In this document: positions 39,781-49,389 of the stretch, piece by piece
Layout of the letters: every line of letters starts with the position of its first letter
Numbering within the stretch: the stretch's first letter is position 1
Assembly: GCA_002383495.1 (NCBI GenBank)
Contig: DFZO01000045.1
Span: 68,442 to 132,441 of the forward strand
From: Syntrophaceae bacterium UBA4054
GTDB taxonomy: Bacteria > Desulfobacterota > Syntrophia > Syntrophales > UBA4778
Direction: 5' to 3'
Length of the DNA: 64,000 nucleotides
Made by a program: the position numbers and the translations under genes
The notes under the pieces: model-generated
Databases searched by the model: none
Seen by the model: the letters and a program-made list of their open reading frames with translations, nothing else
Told to the model about the DNA's origin: nothing

Positions 39781-40962
39781 ATGCTCCCTGCATATTTTCA
39801 ATTCTACAACCCCGTCAAGATCCTCTCGGGGAAAAAGGCCCTGGAAAATATTCCCTTTGAACTGGAGCTGCTGAATGCCAGCCGTCCGATGATCGTCACG
39901 GATAAAGGGGTCGTTCAGGCCGGTCTCGTCGACATCGTAACGGCGGCCCTCGGCGGTTCCAACCTGACGATCGGCGCCGTTTACGACAAAACCCCGCCGG
40001 ATTCTTCCAACATCGTCATCGGCGAGGCGGCAGCTCTTTTCAGGGATGCAAAGTGCGACTCCCTGATCGCCGTCGGCGGCGGATCGGTGCTGGACACGGC
40101 AAAGGGAGTCAACATCGTCATCAGCGAGGACACCACGGATCTCATGAAGTTCATCGGCGCCGACCGGCTGACGAAACCGATGCGGCCGATGATCGCGGTC
40201 CCCACCACCGCGGGGACGGGTTCCGAGGTGACGCTGGTCGCGGTCATCGCCAACGAGGAAAAGTGCTTCAAGATGCTTTTTACCTCCTATCTGCTTCTGC
40301 CCCGGGTGGCGGTCCTCGACCCGAGAATGACACTGACCGTCCCGCCCCGGATTACCGCGTTCACGGCCATGGACGCCCTGACCCATGCCGTAGAAGCGTA
40401 CAGCTGCCTTCAGAAAAACCCGCTGAGCGATGCTTATGCCTGGGCCGCCATCGACCTTGTCCGCAAACACATGATCATGGCCGTCACGGACGGAAAAAAC
40501 GAAGAAGCAAGAATGGCGCTGGCCAACGCCGCCCTCATGGCGGGATGCGCCTTCTCGAACTCGATGGTCGGGCTGGTCCACGCGATCGGCCACGCGGTGG
40601 GAGGCGTCAGCCGCGTTGCGCACGGCATGACCATGGCGATCCTGCTGCCCTGGTGCATGGAATACAATATGGGCAAGTGCGCCCCCTATTACGGCGAACT
40701 GCTGCTCCCCCTTGCGGGACCCGACGAGTTCCTGAAGACAGATCCGGAAAAAAGGGCCGGCCGTTCCGTGGCCGTCATCCGGGAGATGAATTCCCATCTC
40801 AATAGACTGGCGGGGATGCCGCTCACATTGAAAGACTGCGGCGTGAAAAGGGAGAGCCTGCCCGATATTGCCAGGACCGCCCTGGGAGACGGCGCGCTGG
40901 TGTTCAATCCTGAGGAATCGGACTACAATGAAATCCTGGGTATCCTGAGGAAGGCCTACTGA
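39781..40962 (+). CDS. Iron-containing (group III) alcohol dehydrogenase
   Basis: GGGSVLDTAK, TTAGTGSEVT, and the His-rich metal site HAIGHAVGG. Confidence 0.9.
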   Translation: MLPAYFQFYNPVKILSGKKALENIPFELELLNASRPMIVTDKGVVQAGLVDIVTAALGGSNLTIGAVYDKTPPDSSNIVIGEAAALFRDAKCDSLIAVGGGSVLDTAKGVNIVISEDTTDLMKFIGADRLTKPMRPMIAVPTTAGTGSEVTLVAVIANEEKCFKMLFTSYLLLPRVAVLDPRMTLTVPPRITAFTAMDALTHAVEAYSCLQKNPLSDAYAWAAIDLVRKHMIMAVTDGKNEEARMALANAALMAGCAFSNSMVGLVHAIGHAVGGVSRVAHGMTMAILLPWCMEYNMGKCAPYYGELLLPLAGPDEFLKTDPEKRAGRSVAVIREMNSHLNRLAGMPLTLKDCGVKRESLPDIARTALGDGALVFNPEESDYNEILGILRKAY

Positions 40963-40977
40963 TCGGGGGCGCGGGAA

Positions 40978-42873
40978 ATGTCCACTCATTTCGGCGGGTA
41001 CATGGGGAAGGTGCTCCGGGTTGATTTGACGACCCGCGAGGTCCGGGATTACCCGTGGACCGACAGCGACCGGGAGCTGTTCCTGGGCGGCAAAATCATG
41101 GCCGCCAGGATCCTCTCCGACCATATCCAGGGCCCGACAGATCCTTATTCCGAGCAGAACCTGCTGGTCTTTACCACGGGACCCCTGACGGGTTCGGGAG
41201 CGCCCAGCTCTGCGCGCTGGAACGTGTCCACCGTTTCGCCCATGACGGGATACATTGCCTCGTCCAACTGCGGCGGAAGCTTCGGCTTTCATCTCAAGAG
41301 GGCCGGATACGACGGGCTTGTTGTGGCTGGAAAGGCCGACCAACCGGTGTGGCTGGACATAACGGACGAAAAGGTCGAATTCAGGGATGCCGGCTTCCTC
41401 TGGGGCAAGACGACGTCCGAGACACAGGAGCTGCTCGGAAAACAGGGCGGAAAGGCCGTCATCGGTCCGGCCGGTGAGAACATGGTGCGGTACGCCTCCA
41501 TTTTCAGCCAGGAGCGTGCGGCCGGACGCGGCGGCATGGGGGCGGTCATGGGATCCAAGAAGCTGAAGGCCGTCGGCGCCTCCGGCAAACAGCCGATCCA
41601 CTTTGCAGACAGGGAAAAAAACGCGGAAGCCAACAAAAAATGGATCGCGCTGCTTCGTAATCACCCGATCACGGGCAAGATACTGCCCGAACTGGGGACA
41701 GCCAACCTCCTTCGCCGCATGCAGCGCCATAATATTCTCGCCACCCGCAATTTCGGACAGGGGAGCTGGAGCGATTACGACCTGGTTTCCGGCGAAAGAA
41801 TGGCCGAGTACCACCTCATCAAGAATACGGGGTGCCTGGGCTGTCCCATACGCTGCGGCAGGGTGGTCGAGGTCGGCGGTAAAAATGTCAAGGGTCCCGA
41901 ACTGGAAACCCTGGGTCTGCTTGGCCCCAATCTGTTGAATAACGATTTGAATAAAATATGCGAATGGAATTATCTCCTGGACGAACTGGGCATGGATACC
42001 ATGAGCTTCGGGGGCACCCTTGCCTTCGCCATGGAACTGCAGGAGAAGGGTCTATGGAATTGCGGCCTGGAGTTCGGAAAAGTAGATCAGATCCCGCAGG
42101 TCATAGCGGATACAGCCTGCCGGAGGGGAATCGGCGCACTGCTCGCGGAAGGGAGCAAGCGCCTGGCGGAGAAATTTGGAGGGCATGCCTTTGCCATGCA
42201 CGTGAAGGGCCTGGAACTGGCCGCTTATGAACCGAGAGGCGCCATGGGACAGGGGCTCGGATATGCGGTTGCCAACCGCGGCGGCTGTCACCTCAACTCC
42301 GGCTACATGGTGTTCATGGAGGGGCTGGGTCTCGCCATGAACGGTACGACCCGGCGCTCCAAGGCCGCGCTTGCGATCATGATGCAGAACTTGATGGAGG
42401 GTGTCTCCGCGGCGGGGACCTGCCTGTTTACCGCCTACGCCATGATTCCCGGTTTCCTCCTGGATGACAGGAAATCCCTGCTGTCTCACTCCACGAATGT
42501 GATCCTGGGCCTGTCCGGTCCCGCGGTACAGGTGCTGAATGTCTTCCAGGGCTGGATGGCTCCCTTCCATAATCCTCTCTTGCCCCATACCAGGGCGCTG
42601 GAGACATTGACCGGAATGAAAATGAGTTTCGGCCGGCTGCTGAGCACCGGAGAAAGGGGGTTCAACCTGGAGAGGCTCTTGAACATCAGGCTGGGCCTTA
42701 CCGGGCAGGAGGATACGCTCCCCACGCGCCTTACGGAAGAGTGCCAGCAGCCCGGGAAGGAATATACCCGGGTTCCGATCCGGGAGCTGAAAAAAGATTT
42801 CTATCAGAAGAGGGGTTGGGATATGAACGGAATCCCGAAAAAAAGGACTTTGAAACGTCTTTCCCTGGCCTGA
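40978..42873 (+). CDS. aor: Tungsten-type aldehyde:ferredoxin oxidoreductase
   Basis: N-terminus GKVLRVDLT. Motifs GAGENMVRYA-like IGPAGENMVRYASI, DSLGLC-like CLGCPIRC and EPRG. Confidence 0.9.
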   Translation: MSTHFGGYMGKVLRVDLTTREVRDYPWTDSDRELFLGGKIMAARILSDHIQGPTDPYSEQNLLVFTTGPLTGSGAPSSARWNVSTVSPMTGYIASSNCGGSFGFHLKRAGYDGLVVAGKADQPVWLDITDEKVEFRDAGFLWGKTTSETQELLGKQGGKAVIGPAGENMVRYASIFSQERAAGRGGMGAVMGSKKLKAVGASGKQPIHFADREKNAEANKKWIALLRNHPITGKILPELGTANLLRRMQRHNILATRNFGQGSWSDYDLVSGERMAEYHLIKNTGCLGCPIRCGRVVEVGGKNVKGPELETLGLLGPNLLNNDLNKICEWNYLLDELGMDTMSFGGTLAFAMELQEKGLWNCGLEFGKVDQIPQVIADTACRRGIGALLAEGSKRLAEKFGGHAFAMHVKGLELAAYEPRGAMGQGLGYAVANRGGCHLNSGYMVFMEGLGLAMNGTTRRSKAALAIMMQNLMEGVSAAGTCLFTAYAMIPGFLLDDRKSLLSHSTNVILGLSGPAVQVLNVFQGWMAPFHNPLLPHTRALETLTGMKMSFGRLLSTGERGFNLERLLNIRLGLTGQEDTLPTRLTEECQQPGKEYTRVPIRELKKDFYQKRGWDMNGIPKKRTLKRLSLA

Positions 42874-42895
42874 TTCAGATTAGGAGGAAAAGATC

Positions 42896-43468
42896 ATGAA
42901 TAGAATTTTGATGAACGTGTTGGTCCTGATGGTTTGCGGTCTTCTATGGATTGTCCCGGTCCAGGCCGCCAAGTCGCCCCCGAAGGTCGGCGAAATACTG
43001 CCGGACTTCAGCATGGCCGTTCCCGGGGAAAGTGCCGATAGAAGCTATCTCGGCCTTTCCCGCGGAGGGTCCTTCAAAATACCGCAGATCAGGGCACGGG
43101 TCGTGATCCTCGAGGTCTTCAGCATGTACTGTCCCTTCTGCCAGAAGGAGGCGCCGAATGTCAACAGGCTTTATCAGCTCATCGAAGAGAATCCGAATCT
43201 GAGAGGGAAAATAAAATTGATCGGTATCGGAGCGGGAAATTCTTCTTATGAGGTCAATGTTTTCAAGACAAGATACGGTATCCCTTTCCCGCTCTTTCCC
43301 GATATGGAATATTCCATCCATGCCTTGCTGGGGAGCGTGAGAACGCCTTATTTTATTGCAGCGAGAATCAACAGTGACGGAACGCATCAGGTCATCTATT
43401 CCAAGCTGGGCGCCTTTGAGAGCGCCGAGTCGTTTCTCAGGCTGATTATAAAGTCAGCGGGCCTGTAA
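42896..43468 (+). CDS. Secreted TlpA/ResA-like thiol-disulfide oxidoreductase
   Basis: Signal peptide and CPFC active site. Confidence 0.75.
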   Translation: MNRILMNVLVLMVCGLLWIVPVQAAKSPPKVGEILPDFSMAVPGESADRSYLGLSRGGSFKIPQIRARVVILEVFSMYCPFCQKEAPNVNRLYQLIEENPNLRGKIKLIGIGAGNSSYEVNVFKTRYGIPFPLFPDMEYSIHALLGSVRTPYFIAARINSDGTHQVIYSKLGAFESAESFLRLIIKSAGL

Positions 43469-43583
43469 GATCCGGAGCTCTCTGCGGTCTCGAGCGACCG
43501 CAGGGAGCGGGCGAGAGATAAAAGACAAAAAGATATGTCTCTCACAGAGGCCACAGAGTTCACAGAGCATAGGAGAAAAAATC

Positions 43584-44186
43584 ATGAAAAAAGTTTGGGG
43601 GGGAGTGCTTATCGTGCTGATCCTGACCGTTTTCGTCTGGGGAGCCGAAGCCCAGACATTGTCGGAAGCTTTCAAGGGAAAAATTTATGACGTGGGAATT
43701 CTGAAGGCGACAGACAGCAGGCTGAAGGTGAAGGCGGGCTCGCACGCCCCGGATTTCACACTGCCTGCCGTTTCGGGCGGCAAGGTGAAACTCAGCCAGT
43801 ACCGCGGGAAAAAGAATGTTGTCATCTCGTTTGTCCCGGCGGCATGGACACCGGTATGCTCGGATCAGTGGCCGGGTTATAATATCACGAAGGATATCTT
43901 TGACCGGCACGATGCCGTCCTTCTCGGGATCACGGTGGACAACATCCCCACCCTTTTCGCCTGGACGGGCGAAATGGGCGAACTGTGGTTTCCCGTCCTT
44001 TCGGACTTCTGGCCCCACGGCAAGACGGCGTCGCGTTACGGCGTACTGCGTTCCGACGGGACGTCGGAGCGGGCCCTCTTCGTCATAGACAAGAAAGGGA
44101 TCATCCGTTACATCGACGTCCACGACATCAACAAGAGGCCCAGCCTGGAAGTCCTGGTGAGGGAACTCGACAAGCTCGGGGAATGA
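43584..44186 (+). CDS. Secreted peroxiredoxin (AhpC/TSA family)
   Basis: Signal peptide, then FVPAAWTPVCSDQ peroxidatic Cys motif. Confidence 0.8.
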   Translation: MKKVWGGVLIVLILTVFVWGAEAQTLSEAFKGKIYDVGILKATDSRLKVKAGSHAPDFTLPAVSGGKVKLSQYRGKKNVVISFVPAAWTPVCSDQWPGYNITKDIFDRHDAVLLGITVDNIPTLFAWTGEMGELWFPVLSDFWPHGKTASRYGVLRSDGTSERALFVIDKKGIIRYIDVHDINKRPSLEVLVRELDKLGE

Positions 44187-44198
44187 CCGCCCAACTTT

Positions 44199-45005
44199 TC
44201 AGAAGCGGAGCGTGATGCCCCCCAGGAAAGTATAGTCCATTTCCGCCTCGTTCAATCCCCCTTTAAGGCCGATGGAGAGATCGATATCCTTGGACAGGGC
44301 ATAGATGAACCCGCCCAGTGCGAAGGCGGGGTTCGTCTGCGATGCCGGGTCAGGATTGCTTTCCGCCCCGATGTTCGCCACGATCCGGAGATCTTTCACG
44401 ACCTTCCATTCCCCCGCGACGGAGGCGTGCCAGATGTCCTCTCTCTGGTCGAGTTTGTTCTCGTTTCTCTTGTAACCCAGATTGGCGTGAACCGTCCAGA
44501 ACTCCCAATCCTTTGTGGTGATGAAAAAGAATGTCCCCGTCGCTTGACCCGTTCCCAGGTCTTTCTCCTTGTCTCCTGCGGGGATCGTCACGCCCGGCTT
44601 GAACGCGAAACTCAGGCCGTCCTTTTCAAAAAACCGCCATTTCACCTCCAGGGACAGATCGACAACACCGTTCACATTGGCGGTCGTCTCACTGTCGGTT
44701 TCTGTCTTTTTCCACTGGTAGGGGACGCCGAGAATCAGGTCCGCCGATTCGGTGACGCCATAGGCGAACTGGGCCTTGACCTCGCCTTGCCGGGATTTTG
44801 TCGTTTCGCTGGTTCCCGAGGAATCGTCCGTCTCCTTGTCAAAGCTCCACTGACTGCTCAACTCGATCTGGGACTTTCCCTTTCCCTGCGTACCCGTGTC
44901 ATCGGTGATGAGGGGATGAGCCGCATGGGCCGGCCCCGTGCTTATCCAAATGGTAAACAAAAAACACCAGACTGCGACAAAAAGATCTATCCTCCGCCTT
45001 TTCAT
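44199..45005 (-). CDS. Outer-membrane beta-barrel transporter (MetA-pathway/phenol-degradation-like)
   Basis: Signal peptide, alternating beta-strand pattern, C-terminal GGITLRF. Confidence 0.55.
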   Translation of the reverse strand: MKRRRIDLFVAVWCFLFTIWISTGPAHAAHPLITDDTGTQGKGKSQIELSSQWSFDKETDDSSGTSETTKSRQGEVKAQFAYGVTESADLILGVPYQWKKTETDSETTANVNGVVDLSLEVKWRFFEKDGLSFAFKPGVTIPAGDKEKDLGTGQATGTFFFITTKDWEFWTVHANLGYKRNENKLDQREDIWHASVAGEWKVVKDLRIVANIGAESNPDPASQTNPAFALGGFIYALSKDIDLSIGLKGGLNEAEMDYTFLGGITLRF

Positions 45006-45033
45006 TTATAAATAATACCTCTCCATGTATTTT

Positions 45034-45762
45034 TTAAGGGGATCGGGCGATCATGCCGTAATCTTCCAGCAGCAGCCTGTTTTGCAGGATGTCCGCTGTC
45101 TTTCCGACGGCCACGATTCTGCCCTCGTCCAGGAGAGCGATCCGCGAGCAGGTCTCCATGACGAGATCCAGATCGTGGGTAGCGATGATCTTTGTCAGTT
45201 GAAGTTTCTGCAGAAGGCCGATGAACTCGCGCCGGTGTTTCGGGTCGAGATTGCTGCTCGGTTCGTCGAGGACCAGGATCTCCGGCTCCATGGAAAGGAC
45301 CGTCGCGATGGCTACCCGCTTCTTTTCGCCGACGCTCAAATGATGGGGCGATCTTTTCAGAAAGGGCAGCATGTCCACTTCTTCCAGCGCCCTGTTAACG
45401 GCATCCTCGACCTTTTCTTTTTTCAGTCCCATGTTCATCGGGCCGAACCCGACGTCATCGAAGACCGTGGGCATGAAGAGCTGGTTCTCCGGGTCTTGAA
45501 AGATAAGGCCCACGCTGCGCCGGATCAGGGGGAGGTTTTTATCGGTGACATCCCGGCCCAGGATCTTGACATCGGAGGTTCCTCTCAGGATTCCGTTCAG
45601 GTGAAGGAGCAGGGTGGACTTCCCCGACCCGTTGGAGCCGATGATGCCCAGGGATTCCCCCTCGAAGACCTCCAGGTCAATGCCGGAAAGGGCCTTTGTC
45701 CCGTCGGGATAGGAATAGTGAAGGTTTTTGATCTCGATGACGATCTTATCCATGGATCGCAC
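45034..45762 (-). CDS. cbiO: ECF-type Ni/Co transporter ATPase (CbiO/NikO)
   Basis: Walker A GSNGSGKST, signature LSVGEKKR, Walker B LVLDEP. Confidence 0.85.
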   Translation of the reverse strand: MRSMDKIVIEIKNLHYSYPDGTKALSGIDLEVFEGESLGIIGSNGSGKSTLLLHLNGILRGTSDVKILGRDVTDKNLPLIRRSVGLIFQDPENQLFMPTVFDDVGFGPMNMGLKKEKVEDAVNRALEEVDMLPFLKRSPHHLSVGEKKRVAIATVLSMEPEILVLDEPSSNLDPKHRREFIGLLQKLQLTKIIATHDLDLVMETCSRIALLDEGRIVAVGKTADILQNRLLLEDYGMIARSP

Positions 45763-46525
45763 TCAGGAATCGGACGCCGATCAGGGATACGAAAATCGTC
45801 AGCAGAAAGGCCGCGTCTTTCATCGTGACCTGGAAATGGTGGAATGTCTGGATCCTCCCGCTGAACCCCCGGGAGCACATGGCGAGATAGACGGACTCCG
45901 CCCGTTCATAAGAGCGGATAAAGAGCATGCCCGCCATGCCGGCCAGAGCCCTCACGTGAAGCCATTGCGGGCCGCCGACAGAGCGGGACTCCTTAGCCTG
46001 CTGCATTTTCATGAACTCATCCTGGACCAGAAAGATATACCGGTACATGAAGGAAAGAACCATGATGACGACTTGGGGACAGCTCAATTTCTCCAGGGCC
46101 TTCAGGAGTTCCGGAAAGCCCGTCGTGGCTGTCATCAGGATGGCGCACAGGAGAGAGAGAGAGGCCTTGGCGAGGACGTTCCAGAAGATGAGCAGGCCTT
46201 CCCGGGTGACGGTTAGGGTGACCGGCCCGAGGGCAAAGGCATGGACCACCGTTTTCCCCTGCAAGAAGGGGATGAAAAGGGCGGTCATCAGAATGAAGGG
46301 CGCCGCAACGAGCATCCTCTTCAAAATATAACCGATCGGAATCCTGGATAGCACCGTCAGGACGGCGAGGATGAACCCATAAAGGGCGAAGGCCGCAAAT
46401 GCTGCGGTGTCCGTTGACACGACGCAGACGATAAAGGCGAGAAGGCTCACGACCTTGATCCTCGGATCGAGGCGGTTCATGAAACTTCCGACGTTGCTGT
46501 ATTGATCGAGAAAACCGTGTTCCAT
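45746..46525 (-). CDS. cbiQ: ECF-type Ni/Co transporter T component (CbiQ/NikQ)
   Basis: Start at MEHGFLDQY (ATG 46525, immediately after the upstream stop). Polytopic, with the LDPRIK motif. Confidence 0.8.
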   Translation of the reverse strand: MEHGFLDQYSNVGSFMNRLDPRIKVVSLLAFIVCVVSTDTAAFAAFALYGFILAVLTVLSRIPIGYILKRMLVAAPFILMTALFIPFLQGKTVVHAFALGPVTLTVTREGLLIFWNVLAKASLSLLCAILMTATTGFPELLKALEKLSCPQVVIMVLSFMYRYIFLVQDEFMKMQQAKESRSVGGPQWLHVRALAGMAGMLFIRSYERAESVYLAMCSRGFSGRIQTFHHFQVTMKDAAFLLTIFVSLIGVRFLSAIHG

Positions 46526-46526
46526 A

Positions 46527-46817
46527 TCACCTCTTGCGCCGTTTGATGAGGACCGCAACCCCGTAACCGATGCCGAACATGGCCATTGTTCCGATGAAGC
46601 CGGCGATGGAAGTCGCCCATTCCTTGTTGCAGATGCCCGGGAAGGAGTAATCCGGAACAGGCGCGGCGAATACCGGCGGTTCTTCTCCCTTTTCCAGGAA
46701 GCCCTGGTCCTTGGCCACCCGTTCCAGCCCGTCGGGCCAGGGAGAGGCAAAAGGAGAGACCAGGAGGGCGATCAAAACGGCCACGGCCAATCCCATGAGT
46801 ATTTCTTTTTCCCCCAT
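46527..46817 (-). CDS. PDGLE-domain small membrane protein (CbiN/NikN-like)
   Basis: SPWPDGLERV motif flanked by two TM segments. Confidence 0.7.
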   Translation of the reverse strand: MGEKEILMGLAVAVLIALLVSPFASPWPDGLERVAKDQGFLEKGEEPPVFAAPVPDYSFPGICNKEWATSIAGFIGTMAMFGIGYGVAVLIKRRKR

Positions 46818-46842
46818 ATTGTTACCCCTGAGACGCGTCTTT

Positions 46843-46928
46843 GTCAGTCTGAGCCCTTCGGCATGCTCAGGACAAGCCTTGTCGAAGACTGCTTAAGCTG
46901 TCGCGGTTCGACAGGCTCACCGTGACAG
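46843..46928. mobile_element. MITE-family fragment (copy E) overlapping the 3' end of cbiM
   Basis: Contains the modules GAGCCCTTCGGCATGCTCAGGACAAGCCTTGTCGAAG and GGTTCGACAGGCTCACCGTGACA, both shared with the other copies. Confidence 0.55.
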
Positions 46929-47562
46929 TTCCTTGCGGCCTGTAAATCAGATCGGGCCGTGTTTTAAGAATGACGGTAATGATGGAGACTGTAATGATCG
47001 CTTCACCGATCCCGATCAGCGCATGGATGCCTGCCATAGCCGGGAGGACGATCCCGAGAGGCGCCGTGCCGGAAATCGCCAATTCAAGCGCGCACAGGAT
47101 CGAGGCCATGACCACCGAGAACCAGGCGGCAACAGCCGTTCCGGCAAGGACCCTTTTTTCATTCGCCCGGTCCTCCGCGATCAGGCTGTAGATGCCGTAC
47201 CCGCCGATGGTTCCCGCTATGGCCATGTTGAAGACGTTGGCGCCGAGGGCCGTCAGGCCGCCGTCCTGGAAGATGAGGCACTGGAAAATCAGAACGCAGG
47301 CCAGGGTCAGGGCGCCCGCATAGGGCCCGAGAAGCACCGCGGCGAGCACACCGCCCAAGAGGTGTCCCGAGGTCCCCCCCATGACGGGGAAATTGATCAT
47401 CTGGGCGGCAAAAACAAAAGCCGACATGACCCCCATCAGGGGTACCATCCGGTCCTTCAGAACCCCGGCTGTTTTTTTTATGCTGTAACCGATGCCGCCC
47501 ACAGAAATGGCCCAGGATGCGAGCCAGGTATTTGTCGATAAAAAGCCGTCGGGGATATGCAT
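46867..47562 (-). CDS. cbiM: ECF-type Ni/Co transporter substrate-capture subunit (CbiM/NikM)
   Basis: MHIPDGFLS N-terminus (metal-binding His2) and a polytopic body. The C-terminal ~20 aa are repeat-encoded. Confidence 0.85.
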   Translation of the reverse strand: MHIPDGFLSTNTWLASWAISVGGIGYSIKKTAGVLKDRMVPLMGVMSAFVFAAQMINFPVMGGTSGHLLGGVLAAVLLGPYAGALTLACVLIFQCLIFQDGGLTALGANVFNMAIAGTIGGYGIYSLIAEDRANEKRVLAGTAVAAWFSVVMASILCALELAISGTAPLGIVLPAMAGIHALIGIGEAIITVSIITVILKTRPDLIYRPQGTVTVSLSNRDSLSSLRQGLS

Positions 47563-47616
47563 GGAATAGTACCTATTTAAAATTCGTGCTACGACTGGTC
47601 AAAAAAATAATACCGG

Positions 47617-48033
47617 CTATTTCATGTCCTTCCCGGTGCTGGTCATGCTCAGAGTGCCGTGCTGGACACCCTTGATTGATTTCAGCAAATCTGCCAGCTT
47701 CTGAACCTCTCTCGATCGCCCTTTGACAGCCACGATCTCCAGACAATTGTCGTGATCCAGATGGATATGCTGAGTGGAAATGATGATTTTCTGGTGATCA
47801 TGCTGAATGTCGATGATTTTGTTCAGGAGGTCCCGCTTGTGATGATCATAGACAAATGTGATGGCCCCGGCGACCTCCCGGTCTTCCTCCCATTCCTTTT
47901 TGATCAGTTCCTCACGGATAAGATCCCGGAAGGCCTCGGAACGGTTGGTATACCTCCGGCTCCGGATCAGACGGTCAAATTTGTTCAGCAGATTTTTTTC
48001 AACCGATACGCCGAATCGAATCAGTTCTGACAT
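47617..48033 (-). CDS. nikR: Nickel-responsive regulator NikR
   Basis: N-terminal ribbon-helix-helix (IRFGVSVEKNLLNKFD) and C-terminal His/Cys metal site (HHKRD...HIHLDHDNCLE). Confidence 0.85.
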   Translation of the reverse strand: MSELIRFGVSVEKNLLNKFDRLIRSRRYTNRSEAFRDLIREELIKKEWEEDREVAGAITFVYDHHKRDLLNKIIDIQHDHQKIIISTQHIHLDHDNCLEIVAVKGRSREVQKLADLLKSIKGVQHGTLSMTSTGKDMK

Positions 48034-48192
48034 GCCTTCCCCCGAGTGCTACGTTGTGCGGAAATGTGCCACAGAAGACGGCTCCTGTCAATTTATTTTC
48101 AGATCATCGGTTTGAATAATAAGGGTTTTAAGGGTTGTTGTCATGGGCGCAATCTGGTAAAGTTCATCCAGTACCTCTGGAGGAAATATGTC

Positions 48193-49389
48193 GTGAAAAT
48201 ATTATATTACGATTGTTTTTCAGGCATCAGCGGCGACATGAATCTGGGGGCCATGATTGATCTGGGCGTTCCGCAGGGGCTTCTCGTTGGCGAACTCAAA
48301 AAACTGAAGATCAACGCCTATGAGATCGCGGTTTATCGAGACCGGCGCAGGGGCATTGAGGGCATAAAGGTCGATGTTTCAGTTCCTTCCAGATCCGCTG
48401 GACACGGCCATCATGATGCGGAACGTCGGGCATTCAAAGACATTGTCGGACTCATTAATGAGAGCGGCCTGTCGGATGCCGTCAAGAAGAAGAGCCTCGA
48501 AATCTTCACGATCATAGCGGAAGCGGAAGCGAAGGTTCATGGACATCCTTTTGACGATGTCCATTTCCACGAGATCGGGGCGATTGATTCCATTGTGGAT
48601 ATCGTCGGCGCAGCTGTCTGTCTCAATTACCTGAAGGCGGACAGGATCCTATCCTCACCTGTACAGGTGGGCGGGGGTTTCGTGAAATGCAATCATGGCA
48701 TTTTTCCAGTTCCCGCTCCGGCGACGGCGGAGATTCTCAAGGGGATTCCGATGAAATCGGGCTCCGTTCCCTTCGAGACGACCACGCCCACGGGAGCGGC
48801 CATTCTGGCGGCCACGGTGAATTTCTTCACGGAAAACATTCATTTTATCCCGGAAAAAATCGGTTATGGCCTCGGACAGCGGGATACAGAGATACCCAAT
48901 GTCCTGAGGGTCTTTCTCGGTCAAATGGACGAGGCCGCCTTTGATGAGGATGTCGAGACGCAGGAGGCCTGTCTGGTGGAATGCAACATTGACGACATGA
49001 ACCCGGAGCTCTATGGTTCCGTCCTGGATGCGTTATTCGAAAAGGGGGCCTATGACGCCTTTCTGACGCCGGTCATCATGAAGAAGTCGCGGCCGGCGGT
49101 CACCGTCAGTATTCTCTGCGATGCGGAACATTTGAAGGGCATAGAGGAGATCCTCTGGCTGCAGACAACGACGCTCGGCCTGAGGGCAAGCAGGGTCATG
49201 AAAAAAATGCTGCGCAGGGATGTAACAGTGCGGACCACGAAGTACGGAGATATCTCCGTCAAGAACGCCTATTTCCGCGGCAGGAAGATCAAATCCAAAC
49301 CGGAATATGAAGATTGCAAAAAGCTGGCCGGAGAAAAGGGGGTCAGCGTGAAGGAGATTTACGACAGCCTGTCCTCTGAGGATGAGTGA
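48193..49389 (+). CDS. larC: Nickel-pincer cofactor nickel-insertion protein LarC
   Basis: GTG start at 48193 (VKILYYDCFSGISGDM) with GGAGG 9 nt upstream. DUF111-type sequence throughout, in a single frame. Confidence 0.85.
   Translation: MKILYYDCFSGISGDMNLGAMIDLGVPQGLLVGELKKLKINAYEIAVYRDRRRGIEGIKVDVSVPSRSAGHGHHDAERRAFKDIVGLINESGLSDAVKKKSLEIFTIIAEAEAKVHGHPFDDVHFHEIGAIDSIVDIVGAAVCLNYLKADRILSSPVQVGGGFVKCNHGIFPVPAPATAEILKGIPMKSGSVPFETTTPTGAAILAATVNFFTENIHFIPEKIGYGLGQRDTEIPNVLRVFLGQMDEAAFDEDVETQEACLVECNIDDMNPELYGSVLDALFEKGAYDAFLTPVIMKKSRPAVTVSILCDAEHLKGIEEILWLQTTTLGLRASRVMKKMLRRDVTVRTTKYGDISVKNAYFRGRKIKSKPEYEDCKKLAGEKGVSVKEIYDSLSSEDE

Noticed and set aside
39745-41814. 689-aa ORF on the minus strand
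   Set aside because: It is antisense to the alcohol dehydrogenase and AOR genes, both of which have strong family motifs. The translation is Arg/Gly/His-rich with no recognisable domain.
47586-48053. Shared 8-mer GTGCTACG upstream of cbiM and of nikR as a NikR box
   Set aside because: There are only two occurrences of an 8-mer, with no dyad symmetry and no match to known NikR operators. Chance cannot be excluded.
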